From contig OX597828.1 in NCBI GenBank assembly GCA_951406725.2, positions 9,920,001 through 9,984,000 on the forward strand: a stretch of DNA of 64,000 bases. The letters run 5' to 3'. Positions within the stretch are counted from its first letter, which is position 1. Every line of letters begins with the position of its first letter. Position numbers and translations under genes: made by a program. Source of the DNA: Octopus vulgaris. Lineage: Eukaryota. The notes beneath the pieces are model-generated. The model was not told the DNA's origin, searched no databases, and was given only the letters and a program-made list of their open reading frames with translations. Shown here in pieces: positions 1 to 12,954 of the stretch.

Positions 1-152
1 GAGGAGGAGGAGAAGAAGAAGAAGAAGAAGAAGAAGATGATGATGATGACGATGATGATGATGAAGAAGAAGAAGAAGAAGAAGAAAGAGAAGGGAGAAT
101 AAGAAGAAAGAGAAGGAAGAATAAGAAGAAAGAGAAAGAAGAATAAGAAGGA
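1..152. repeat. Purine-rich low-complexity tract (GAG/GAA/GAT)n
   Basis: Directly visible triplet runs. Confidence 0.95.
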
Positions 153-359
153 ATGTAGGTAGTGTGAAAGTAGTAAGATGATAAAAGTTGAAATGACTTA
201 AAATTGGCTCGTTATGGATTATAACAGTGATTGGGACTATTTTTTAATGAATTCTTGGGAATCTCTTGAGTGCATCATTTTTAATATTTGCGTGTGTATT
301 TGTGTTATTCTAAGGTCGTGGTGGATATGTCGTTTGTTGTAGACACGTTCAAAAGAGAG

Positions 360-828
360 TCGCTTTACTATTTCATTGGCTCCAGGTTGTATTGTCCCTG
401 AATTGGTAGAGGGAACATATTCTGAACCTTGGATTTTTGGTATTGGAGCAAATGTCTCTGTGTTGGCAAAATGTAATTTTTTTTATGGGGGGGGGGATTT
501 TTATCTGGGATCTGTGCAGAGCTATTCTTTTACGTAGACTGTTTTTGTTTGTCCTATGTATTGCTCTTGAGACCCAGAGCAGGTTAGTGTGTATATCAGG
601 TTCTCCGAAGCACATGTGAAGTTGCTTTTCACTGAGAAACGTTGTCCCTGTTTGAAAGAGAACTCTGATATTTCAATTAAATAGTCGCATATCCCACAGT
701 TGGGTCTTCCGTATTTTTTTACTGACGGCTTCTGTGTTGTTGAGCGTATTCGGGCTTGTGTTATGAAACTCTTCATAGATTAGGGCTGTCTCTTTCTTTT
801 TATGATGGTGTGTGTTTGGAGGATGGTG
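360..828 (-). mobile_element. Penelope-like retroelement remnant (linker plus GIY-YIG endonuclease), frameshifted
   Basis: Minus-strand translation IIKRKRQP*SMKSFITQAR...YGRPNCGICDY...FTCASENLIYTLTCSGSQEQYIGQT, then a frameshift to SLRKRIALHRSQI. This gives the Cys linker, the LIY-x(10)-YIG motif and the conserved Arg/His of PLE endonucleases. Confidence 0.88.
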
Positions 829-829
829 T

Positions 830-905
830 GGGGAAATTTCGAAACTGGGTTCTCATTCCTAAGGTATTTTTCGATGTTATTATTCCATGCAGTGACCTCA
901 ATAAC

Positions 906-989
<84 letters not shown>

Positions 990-1615
990 CAGGTAGTGGC
1001 TCTCATGGCTTCTGATCTTGACTGAATGGAAGTGTTATCATGTACATTGTTTTGTCTTGGTATAAAAGATAGGCTACAGCAAATATTCTACTCAACACCA
1101 CAGATTTGCTTGTCAGTCGTTTGACCTTAACCAGTTGAGCATGTCCCTTAGTGGCTGACGATATGTGCATCTCTGATCACGAGCAGAAGTAGTTGGGGAG
1201 CATCATAGCCATGTGTTGAGAGGAATTCTTTGGGGTTTGAATAATTCACCTCTGGAAATATGGGTGGTTCTTTCAACATCCTTAAACAACCTTTATTCAG
1301 GGACCTTTTGAGCATGATGGGCTACTCAACCTGAGGAAAATTCTAACTGGGCCCCACTTGCAAGGTCATGTGCTGTTTATCTTGATATGAGATCACCATG
1401 TTGCGCACATATGGTTGTGATGCATGTGCCTGGTGTACCCTTATCAGACGGGTAGTCATGATGGGTATATTGGGCTTCGTATATTTTACCCCAGTGTCAC
1501 TTTGATGGTATGAACTGCTCTCTCACTCAATAATAATAATAACAATAATAATGACAAGAACAACAACACCATCGAATATACCTTAGGAATGAGAACCCAG
1601 GTTCGAAATTTCCCC
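830..1615. repeat. ~46-bp inverted repeat pair (830-876 / 1570-1615), Penelope pLTR-like, enclosing (AAT)n and a 540-bp dispersed repeat
   Basis: ggggaaatttcgaaactgggttctcattcctaaggtatttttcgatg matches the reverse complement of catcgaatataccttaggaatgagaacccaggttcgaaatttcccc with ~3 differences. Confidence 0.85.
990..1530. mobile_element. Unclassified ~540-bp dispersed repeat bounded by (AAT)n
   Basis: Diverged reverse-complement copies at ~35557-35998 (internally deleted) and ~33345-33505 (partial). Confidence 0.8.
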
Positions 1616-2872
1616 CAAACCTCTGATGTATGCTGGAGGGCATATCAGCCGCAGAATACTTAATATATATATAGCCAACCCATCATAATAGTATCACACA
1701 TTGTTAAGATAAGTTGGAAGATCAATCAAATGGCACTGCAGTAGGTTCAACCTATGTAGATGATAGATACTTATGTATCTCGTTGGCAACAAGTCAGCAT
1801 CATCATCAGGAGGCACACAGACCACCTCTAACAACAATCTGAACACGTAGACTTCATTGTAACTGACTACCTACCAAAAGAAATTTTCCACACTGCTGTT
1901 GATTGGACCTATTATCTCATTCATTTGTCATTGATATTTTTTCTTTTTTTTTCCTTTTTTTATCTCGTTATTTACTAGAACTTTTCCTCTTTCTACAGTA
2001 GGCAGGAAACAGTGTATTTTGACACAGATAAAATCTTCACAGATTTATGAGTCTGCGTCACACCCTCATTCGCAAACGCAATTACCTGTCTGTGAATGTT
2101 TGTAATAATAATTATTTAATCGATCATACAATATTGAGATGCTAGCTGCTCTATCACTTAATTTCTTTCTGTATATTGAAACCATGCAATCAGTATAAAG
2201 GCAGCAGGTGATAACCAAATGTTTATTTCACAGACTGATTTTCTCTTTAACCCACATTTGCATTTGTACAACTTGCATTTCCAGTTACGATGTTAATCTA
2301 TCTAAATATGTTATCATGGTGAGAGGGAAGAAACTCAAAAATCGTTGGATGAAAAGTTGTGACATTTTGCAATATTATGGCACATGTATATATTCAGCGT
2401 TTATACAAATCTATGATTAAATTACTTTTGAATGACCTGGATTAATGTACATGTCAGTAATAACTTTTGATCTAAACAGTCTCCAAAGCTTCACGTATTC
2501 AGTTTATGGTATTAGTCCGAAGGTGACGTTAAAGATAAAATTGTCTGAGTCATCAGGTGGTACAAATAGCAAGTAATTTAATTAAATATATTTTATTTCT
2601 TTCCCTCACTTCAGGTTGAACGTTAAATATATGTAGGTACTCACATTTTGAACGACAAGGTTTCTATCTGTAATATAATGAGACACAGGATCGTTCTAGT
2701 TCACTATAAACTATCATGTATACGAAAGACTAATTGGATATTGTGCATATGTAAAGACGAAATCTAAGTATTTCAATCTATATATTTCAATTCAGTAGAT
2801 GAGAGACTTAAATAAATATTAGAGTTTACGAAAAAAAATCTATTAAAATACTTTCTTTTATCCTTCTATTTT

Positions 2873-3118
2873 GTGGAGGCGCCTAGCTTAGTGGTTAGGG
2901 TGTTGAACTCATGATTGTAAGGTTGTGGTTTCGATTCCTCGACCGGGCGATGCGTTGTATTCTTGAGCAAAACACTTCATTTCACGTTGCTCCAGTCCAC
3001 TCAGCTGGCAAAAAAGGGTAAGCCTGTAACGGACTGGCATCCCGTTCAGATGGGGAATATATACACCATTGAAACCGAGAAACTAGCCCGTATGAGCCTG
3101 GCATGGCTCGAGAAGGAA
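2873..3118 (+). mobile_element. tRNA-derived CORE-type SINE (family B variant)
   Basis: A box tagcttagtgg, B box ggtttcgattcc, then cttgagcaaaacacttcatttcacgttgctccagtccactcagctg shared with 25577 and 59138. Confidence 0.8.
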
Positions 3119-3191
3119 CATTTTTTAAAAACCTATTCGATCCAATATCCCATACAGCGCTATTGGAATATGTTCTAAAATTCCAGTAATA

Positions 3192-3418
3192 TACTCTTTT
3201 ACTCTTTTATTTGTTTTAGTCATTTGACTGTGGCCATGCTGGAGCACCGCCTTTATTCAAGCGAATCGACTCCGGGACTTATTCTTTGTAAGCCCAGTTC
3301 TTATTCTATCGGTCTCTTTTGCCGAACCGCTAAGTGACGGGGACGTAAACACACCAGCATCGGTTGTCAAGCAACGCTAGGGGGACAAACACACACACAC
3401 ACAAACACACACACACAC

Positions 3419-3450
<32 letters not shown>

Positions 3451-3614
3451 GACAGGCTTCTTTCAGTTTCCGTCTACCAAATCCACTCACAAGGCATTGG
3501 TCGTCCCGAGGCTATAGCAGAAGACACTTGCCCAAGATGCCACGCAGTGGGACTGAACCCGGAACCATGTGGTTGGTAAGCAAGCCTCTTACCACACAGT
3601 CACTCCTTCGCCTG
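3192..3614 (-). mobile_element. tRNA-derived SINE family A, full length, with internal (TA)n(TG)n
   Basis: tRNA-like head with B box ggttcagtcc and an (AAAAGAGT)n-like tail; homologous to copies at 6330, 12387, 39075 and 61472. Confidence 0.9.
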
Positions 3615-5269
3615 TGGAACATCGAAAATTTTCATATGTAAAGCTAAAGATAATTATTATCACTCTTACTGCCAATAGCATTTGGTATAACAGCATATTT
3701 ATTGATGATATGCTGATAGAAACCCAGCTGCATTGATTCCTTCACAGAGTAAATTTGTGGGTGTGAGTTCGTATAATTGGAATATTTCTAAATTGGTTCG
3801 CTCTTTATCAGGTGAGATTTACTAAAGTTACTTCATGTTTAGTTGTGTCGATAGCGGAGTATGAACCATCGAATATTCCTATGGCGTATTCATTTCCTTC
3901 ATTGATATATCAAAACGTTTGAAACGATAAGAAATCTATGACATATATGTGCATGTGTGTTTGTATGTGTGTGTGTGTGTATGCGTGTGTGAGCATATGT
4001 CCAGGTATTTTATGTTCCTGAACATCTCATTGTCGAACACTGATTTCTCTAGCTGTTTCGAATATTTAAACTTAGACCCACATCTAGGAGAACACATACT
4101 GTGTTCAATTGGAATTCTTCTGGCCAAATGGCTAATAACATTTTAACCAGTATTCATTTGTTGTCCTTGGCATTTCCAGACATTTCTATAAATCAAATTG
4201 TCCACTGTTAAAGAACACAGGTATACAGCTAATCCTATGCCTGTCCCTATGACAATTAGTCTTGTGTGCGCTGAGTTTTTTTTTTATCCCAGAGCAGAGT
4301 TGAATCAGATAAGCTGAGCTATATTTCTGCCTTGTCTCATAACAATTAGGTAGTGACGGAAATTTTAGCTTCACAACTGCATCGATTTTGTATTACCCCG
4401 TTTCTTTTATGCCTTCGATAGTGTTCTCATCTTAATAAACAAACTTACTAGATGTAGCAACGGCGTTACCACAGTTGGTGATCTGAATGTGTATAGCCGC
4501 GGTCACCTGGTGTTGTAGTGACTCAGGATTTGTGCGGGCACCCTTTCTCAGAACAAAGGAATACGTGCGCGCATGCATCACCCTGCAGCACCCACCTCAT
4601 AGCTATCCGTCGCATGGGAGGAACAAACCTGTTCTCTGTCTCCCTCTTGATCCTACTACGGTTTTGCTGTCATTAGACGCAGCAGCTGCGTGTTGGATAG
4701 GGTCTGGTGGTAGGCCCCTCATTAGATGAATGGTCGTGATTTACACGACAGTCACTGCTTCGGAAGAGTTTTCTGTCACTTGAATTGATATAATGAGAGA
4801 GACTTAAGATGACACATATTAAACCTACCACCCTTCCATAATAAATACATACACATCATATTCACATATATACACACATACATACTCACAAACACATACA
4901 CACACACGCACACATACATTCGGAGCATGGCGACTAATATGATATCTTAACCATCTAAAACATTCAAATGTCACATTTAACTAACCGTAATATTTCTGGC
5001 GTATTTGGTTTGTAATGAAACTCAACTGACCTGTGAGTTTTGACTTCTTGGCTTTTTATAAATATATTGCAATGATGTAAAATCATGCCAACTGGCAAAC
5101 TGACCGGTCAACTAGAATGTAGTAAACTAACTCGTGTCAATAAATTTTGACCTGAGTCACGTCTTACTGACACAATTGGCAGACATCACCAGATTTTTCT
5201 TTAGCTGTTAGCTTATATATTTTCATTTCCTCCTCCCCAATCTATTTTATTATTACTCCTGTTATATGA

Positions 5270-5328
<59 letters not shown>

Positions 5329-5390
5329 AACAGATAGATAAATGAAAATGCATTAATTACTAAAAACGTACAGCGACTTTTGTTAACAGT

Positions 5391-5459
<69 letters not shown>

Positions 5460-6329
5460 TATGTATGTATATACATATATATGTACATATATGTACGTAT
5501 TTATCTATGTATGCATCTCAATATCCCAAATAATCTTCAAGATGACATGCTTTCAAATCTCTACTCATCTTAATCTTGAAAAATTGTTCTCGTTTTCCGG
5601 CCTCTGATAAAACTGGACTTTCAATGAGCATTTCTATATTTAAAACTGTTATCGATTTTATTTTTAATGGAGGCAGATTATTATTTGTAAGAAAGGCCGT
5701 TGCTATTTTCAAAACATCACATGACAGCATAGCGTCACATTAATTGACTCGTAACATATTCACAGTAGATACAAAGTTTAATAAACGTGGTGACGTACAC
5801 TAATATATAATATTTATGAATAATTTTCAGCCTTCTGCATATGTATATGGCACAACTAATACAATACTACGAATTTTAATATGCCCGGTGTATGTTTTCT
5901 AATCTCAAACTATAAATATTCCGTCATCTAGTCATCCTGTCAAGCAAGTCTGTTCTCTCACTCTTACAATTTCTCCGTCTCACAGTCATTGCAAAATCTT
6001 GTGTGTGAGTAGTCTGCTTGGTTTTCAGCAATCGGTACTCAGTCCTTTATTTTATAGGCTAGAAAAATGACGCACACTGAGCAGTAGAATCATTAGTGTA
6101 ATAATTTAGAATGTATATTCTGAGCTATATGTTAGGTCTGATAGAGAACTGGAAAGAGTGATATATACTGCATAACATCATATCAAATATATGGCGTTTT
6201 AAAGTTAAATCGCTCAGAATAGGCTTGGTATTAATACGTGAAAGCTAGTCTGCATAGTGTAAAACTTATGCATTACGCGATTATTAAGGAATACGAGGTC
6301 ACTTTCGCAAAGGGACGGTGGTAGTGCTA

Positions 6330-6744
6330 GGCTGTGTGGTAAGTAGCTTGCTTACGAACCACATGGTTCCGGGTTCAGTCCCACTGCGTGGCACCTCGGG
6401 CGGGGGTCTTCTATTATAGCCTCGAGTCGACCAAAGCCTTGTGAGTGGATTTGGTAGACGGAAACTGAAAGAAGCCCGTCAGATATATATATATATATAT
6501 ATGTATGTATGTGTGTGTATGTGTTTGTGTGTCTGTGTTTGTTCCCCTAACATCGTTTGACAACCGATGCTGGTGTGTTTACGCACCTGTAACTTATCAG
6601 TTCGGCAAAAGAGTCTGATAGAATAAGTACTAGGCTTATAAAGAATACGTCCTGGGGTCGATTTGCTCGATTAAAGGCGGTGCTCCAGCATGGCCACAGT
6701 CAAACGACTGAAACAAGTAACACAGTAAAAGAGTAAGAGAGTAA
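6330..6744 (+). mobile_element. SINE family A, full length
   Basis: ggctgtgtggtaagtagcttgc...ccgggttcagtcccactgcgtggc...ggcggtgctccagcatggcc...aaaagagtaagagagta. Confidence 0.9.
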
Positions 6745-6819
6745 CATGCGATACGATTGGAAACACAAATCCTAAATTTAACTTACCTATCATACAACTT
6801 TTCAAATGATAAACCTTTC

Positions 6820-7025
6820 TACTACGGGTACCAAACCTGAAATTTTTGGGTGCGGAGCTGTTTGATTAAATCGCCCCTAGTGTTTAACTGGTGCATTCTT
6901 TACCGACCCTGAAATAATAAAAAGTAGTGTCATGCTGAGTGGAATATGGTCTCAGAACGTAAAACCTGGTGAAATATGGCTAAACACTTTCTCTAGAGTG
7001 TTAATAATTCTGCCAGTTAGCCAAA
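6820..7025 (-). mobile_element. Degenerate SINE family D (Nin-domain-like)
   Basis: Diverged match to the 63103-63580 copies; similar relics at ~20700-20880(-), 27460-27665(-), 29630-29770(+), 33510-33715(+), 35305-35530(+), 55965-56160(-), 62200-62345(-). Confidence 0.65.
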
Positions 7026-7398
7026 TTAATTTTGCAAATAATAAAACTGGACAATGCTAATTGCATTGGGATTGTTTTTGGTGGACTGTCTGCCTTCTCT
7101 ACAGAAAATCTGGGTTCGAGTACTGACAGAAACACAAATGATTCGAAAGAAATTGTTGTATTGTTGAGGATACTGCAAAACATAATTTTGTATGTGTGAG
7201 TGTTTGTGTGTGTGTATGCGTATGTGTTTACGTTCTGTGCGTGTTTGTTGGAGCGTGCATGTATTTATAACAATGTATACATGCATACGCACATGTATGC
7301 CCGCGTATATGTGGAAATATGCACAGTAGACATATTCATCTGTAAGTAAATATATTAGTATATATGTATGTATATATGTATGCATGTGTAAATGTGTG

Positions 7399-7480
<82 letters not shown>

Positions 7481-7944
7481 TGTGTGTGTTCTGTATTTGT
7501 GTACACTTACACACTCTCGGAAAGGAAAATATATAGAAATCCAGAGTCCCCTCTGAGTGTCGGTAGTGTGAAAAATATTTATATTTATTGGTTTCGTGAT
7601 GGCGTCAGTCTGCTGATCGATATCTACTATTTAGGCATTCAGAAATCGCAAGAAAAACTATTCTCTGCAAATTAAGATGTATAAATCATACAAGAATATA
7701 GTTAAACACTAAAAAAGAACACAGCATACGAATCTTGACCTGATTCTCAATAGGAAATTCCTTCCTCTTAGTTTGATCCCTTTCAAGAATAATAATAATA
7801 CAAAACGAAAATGAAAAACTATGAGTTTCTGTAACTATATTTGGATAATGAAATCGTGATTAAATTAAGCTGACATTTTGTTTGCGGTTTGGTTGTTATC
7901 ATAATACAATGAAATTTCCCTCGATAGTGAGTTTCTCCTGTGAA

Positions 7945-8290
7945 ATACCTGTCATTCAATGTCTTTTTCTTATTGGCTGCTGGGAGAAATGTATCAAAAG
8001 AGCATTCTAATGTTGTGCATTGGTCTGCAAAGGACACTGTAGTATTTTCACTCAGGCGTACCAAGGAAGCACAACCGGATATCAAGTCTAGCTCTTGGAA
8101 TCAAATTTAGGTTGCAGCAGGAACTATCAGCTGCCGTCCATGAGTTCAAAAGAACGTCAGGAAGTTCAACGACTGCACCTGTCTGTGTATTATTCAGCAC
8201 GAAACAAGTGAGTGTGTATGATCTATGGTTAAAAGCTTCACAATTCATGTTGAAGCTATTTTCATTGTTTAATATGAGCGTTTCTGGTGG
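7945..8290 (-). pseudogene. Decayed immunoglobulin-like domain fragments
   Basis: PPETLILNNENSFNMNCEAFNHRSYTLTCFVLNNTQ followed, after a frameshift, by RLSENTTVSFADQCTTLECSFDTFLPAA...LND. Resembles the A'-B strands of I-set Ig domains; recognised by eye only. Confidence 0.4.
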
Positions 8291-8514
8291 CTAGTTCTAT
8301 ACATATGTATTTAGCCATAATTTTCTATTGATTGACTAGCCAGTATACTGCTGTTGAAATATTGCCAGCTCTTCAAACTGAAATAAATGTCACCTCTTGT
8401 TATTGCGATATGAATACATTTACACTTAGGCGCCTGCTCATAGAGAACAATATTTAGCCGAGATGCCGCCATGTTCACTCTTCTCAAAACTTTTATTTGT
8501 CATTGTCTTCGCGG

Positions 8515-8595
8515 TTGCCATCATCATAATAACGACATTTCCACCACCACCACCACCACCACCACTATTATTTACTACTACTACTACTACTACTA

Positions 8596-8662
<67 letters not shown>

Positions 8663-8750
8663 GCTGCTGCTGCTACTACTACTACTAATAATAATAATAA
8701 TAATGATGATGATGATAATAATAATAATAATAATAATAATGATGATTATG

Positions 8751-8784
<34 letters not shown>

Positions 8785-8790
8785 TAATAA

Positions 8791-8852
<62 letters not shown>

Positions 8853-9505
8853 GTAATAATAATAATAACAATAATAATCTTACTGCTGCTGCTGCTGCAC
8901 CTACTATTACTACTACTTCTTCTACGGCTGCTGCTGCTACTTTTCCACCCCATCCTCATAACTACCAATTCTGTATTTGCAGTCAGTCTAATCAAAAACA
9001 CCAGCAACGTCCTAGATTTTGCCCATCTCAGCTATAACTTGGGATTTATTTAAGAACAAGTCGGTTTCGCGTGCATCTCTCATCTCAGGCAATACGAAAT
9101 TGCTAAACATCAAAATACTGATTTCTCTTTATTTTAAGGTTATATATAAATTGCTGGAAGTAAATAATGGATTTCATCCACAACTTCCCTTTCGACGTCG
9201 TCGTTGTTGTCCTCCTCTGTATCCTCATCCTCATTATCCTCATCATCATCATGTATTTTTTATCATCAACTTCACGATGAAGATCATCACCACTACCAAT
9301 GCTGCTACCACCACCACCACCACCACCACCAACAGCAACAACAACACAACCATCACTAAGTCCATCAGCATCATCATCATCACCAATATCACCACCATCA
9401 TTATCATCATCATCATTATCATGATCATCATAATTAACGTCAACTTTTTTATTTCAATTGGAAATCACTACCCTCGATATTGTTAGCATTATTACTACCA
9501 TTATT

Positions 9506-9546
<41 letters not shown>

Positions 9547-9723
9547 CATTATTTTTATTATCGTTGTCATTGTTGATGTTGCTGCCGTTTTTGTGCTTGT
9601 TGGTGCTGTCGCTGGTAGCGTTCTTGTCACTGTTATTTTTTTGACTATTCTTGTTTATTATTATTATAATTATTATTATTATTATTATTATTATTATTGT
9701 TATTATTATTATTATTATTATTA

Positions 9724-9790
<67 letters not shown>

Positions 9791-9813
9791 CATTATTATT
9801 ATTATTATTATTA

Positions 9814-9886
<73 letters not shown>

Positions 9887-9905
9887 TATTATTACTATTA
9901 TTACT
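8515..9905. repeat. Compound trinucleotide microsatellite field (ACC/ACT/GCT/AAT/GAT/CAT/ATT)
   Basis: Directly visible; source of the poly-L/I/T/N/Y/S ORFs. Related tracts at 900-990, 10255-10350, 34545-34618, 34780-34860, 46280-46400. Confidence 0.97.
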
Positions 9906-11208
9906 TTTCAGCATCGTTGTTCTTGTCGGTAATAACTTTATCAAATTATGTCCTTCTTAATTTAATTATCCGATTTCTTCTCTTTGATGTATTCTACGAA
10001 AAATCATTGGAATAGCCTTTTAATTGTTAACTAAAATTTTTCATGGCTTAAATTAATGTGATCTTGAAACAGTTCTTAGACAATCATTTGTATAACGTTC
10101 AGCTGGTATTATCATTTATTCTATCAAAATCTACATAGCAAACTAGCAATAATATTTCGAATATTTTATGTACAAGTCAATAAATATTTCTGGGAATGTG
10201 ATTTTCTAGTATGGTTCTATAGAATTTGATATAACTAAATAACGTATTCAGTGTTTTTATTGTTGTTGTTATTGCTTTTGTTGTTGTTTTTGCTGTTGTT
10301 GTTGTTGTTATTATTATTATCATTATTATTATTAGTATTATTATTATTATTTGGCCAAACATACACGAAATCCAATAAACTTGATACGGAAGTAGAAAAC
10401 CAATAACTTCCAGACAGAAAAAAATATAAGAGAACAAAAATAATCTTAAAGTTAAAATAAATATCATATGGTTTGTTAGGATGTCTTGTAGGGTGTCTAT
10501 ATGTATTATCTCTGTTGCTTTTCATTTTGTGCTTCTCATAGTTCTTTTAACTAATGATTTCCTTAGTGTGATTTCCTATAGTAAGGTAAATGAATATATG
10601 TTCAACATATTTACGACGCTACTTTTTTTTCCTTTTCGAATCATATGGACGGGAGAAATACATTTCCCTTGCCCCAAAATGTAAATCCTACAAAGTGTTG
10701 CCGCAATATAGTGAAACTCATATTTTTAGTGATACTCAATGTCTCAAATTAGCTTACAGAGTTTATAAAATGTCATGATTTATACTTGATGCATTTACTG
10801 ATAAATGAAAAACAAAGATTACATTTGTGAATTTGTGTAGCAAGATTCCTGATGTAAAACCGTGTGTTCAAACAGATATTGTTGATTTTCGGGAGGGCTG
10901 TTCTTTTTTTTTCATTTCTTTTTTCCTTATTCGTTCTTCACCCGTTTATTACTCATCTTATTTTATTTTATGACCATTGCCTGCAAATCTTTCATCACAC
11001 AACTGTTATATCTTCAGTGACCCTTTCCGTACACGTGCATTTTCCTGCTCCGCTTATTCCATTCTGTCCTTCTATGATGCGTAGCTTTATTTGACAAAAG
11101 AAAATTACCATCCTGAAATACAACATAAAATAACACAACCTTAAAACAATCGGTCACTATCTCACAGCACAGGTTGAATGATTTTTGATACATATCATAA
11201 TGATTATA

Positions 11209-12615
11209 TACATGTTGATGAAAAGGTGACGGCTGGTTTTAAGGTCTCTATTAAAAATTAAAAGAAAAACATGATTAAAACAATATTTTTTCGTTAATAT
11301 AATTTTCATTGCTTTCTAGAACTTCATTCCATCTATGGACAAGTTCATAAATGCTAAGCTTCTAAAATTGTTTAGGTTTTAATGCGACATATGAATCCGA
11401 CTGATTTTCAACCTCTTCTCTTCATGTCAACATAAAACCATTCAAATGTTTCTGTAGTCCCTGAAGCATGTGATAATCAGAAGCATCAAGGCCTGGAAAA
11501 TATGGTGGATGAAGCAATATTTCCCAAACAATTTCTTCCAAGATATCATAGGTCAGTCGACCTGTGTAAGGCTGAGCATTATTATGGTGGAAGATGACAC
11601 GCTTTCTGTTGTCTAAGCCGGATCGCTTTCTCTTCAAAGCAGGTTTCTTTCAAACGATGATGTTAATCACAGGAGAGGTTAGCAGTAATTGTTTGATTGT
11701 TGTCTAACAGTTCCTAATTGATAGTTCCTTCAATATCCCTCTATACACACATCATCATCTTCCTTAGGGGAAATCTTCCTCTTGATTGTTGAACAGGTCT
11801 TTCTCCTCGACTGATCCACAATCAGCGTTATGGTAAAGGATCCACTTCTCATCACCTTCCTAAAATAGATCATTAAGGTGTCATGGAAGCAATAACTAAC
11901 AACAAACATCACTCTGTTGCAGATTCTCTTGAGACAGTTCGTGTGGAACCCATTTTCCAACTACTGAAACTTTTTGCGTGCTTTTCAGTTGGCGTAGAAC
12001 AATTGTATGGGCGACGTTAAACTGTTCTGCAAGTTCTTTACAAGTAGCAGTTGGATTTTTTGTGGCAACGGCTTCCAACTGAACAGAATCAAATTGCGTT
12101 GCATGACCTTCATTTGGCACGGCTTTCAGACTCAGATCCCTACTTCTGAAGCGAGAAAACCATCTCCTGCAACTTCGTTCATTCACTACATCATTCCCAT
12201 AAATACTCTGAAGAGACTTTACTGCTGTGCTTGTATTGAGACCTTTATGAAACTCATAAAATATGCCTAATGTAATCTTTAGATGGGATGAACATGGGTG
12301 CGAATATAGCAGAAGATTATGGCCAATACAATTACAATCTCAGAGAAAAATCTTATAAGTTACTTATTGTGACATTCTTAAAACGTTACTCTTTTACTCT
12401 TTTACTTGTTTCAGGCATTTGACTGTATCCATGCTGGAGCACCGCCTTTAGTCGAGCAAATCGACCACAGAACTTATTCTTTGTAAGCCTAGTACTTATT
12501 CTATCGGTCTCTTTTGCCGAACCACTAGGTTACGGAGACGTAAGCACACTAGTATTGGTTGCCAACCGATAGTGTGAGGGGGCAAACACAAACAAACACA
12601 TATATATATACATAC

Positions 12616-12665
<50 letters not shown>

Positions 12666-12954
12666 GACGGGCTTCTTTCAGTTTCCGTCTACCGAATCCA
12701 TTCACAAGTCTTTGGTTGGCCCGAGACTAGAGTAGAAGACACTTGCCCAAGTTACCACGCAGTGAAACTGAACACGGAACCATGTGGTGTGAAAGCAAGC
12801 TAATTACCACACATCCACTCCTGCGCCTATGCAAGGGACACATTTTTAAAAAAAGGGACACAGTTATTAAAAAGAAAGTACACAATTTAAACAAAAATTC
12901 CATGTAAAACTGTTTTCTAAAAAGTTAGCTATTAACTTTGCACTAACCTGATAT
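11209..12954 (-). mobile_element. Mariner DNA transposon, decayed, near full length (~1.3 kb plus nested SINE)
   Basis: HTH (ERSCRRWFSRFRSRDLSL), linker KWVPHELS, FHHNNAQPY and HPPYFPGLDASDYHML (decayed YSPDLAPSD). The right end, reverse-complemented, reads tatcaggttagtgcaaagttaatagc (mariner TIR-like) and matches the left end catgttgatgaaaaggtgacggct only weakly. Confidence 0.9.
12387..12829 (-). mobile_element. SINE family A nested in the mariner 5' region
   Basis: Full head-to-tail homology with other family A copies. Confidence 0.9.

Noticed and set aside
4453-4860. GC-richer island beginning TGTAGC as a solo LTR
   Set aside because: No matching CA end with a TSD and no second copy in the window; left unassigned.
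8438-10015. Long ORFs (up to 196 aa) of poly-L/I/T/N/S/Y
   Set aside because: Stop-free trinucleotide microsatellites open in several frames on both strands; no domain content.
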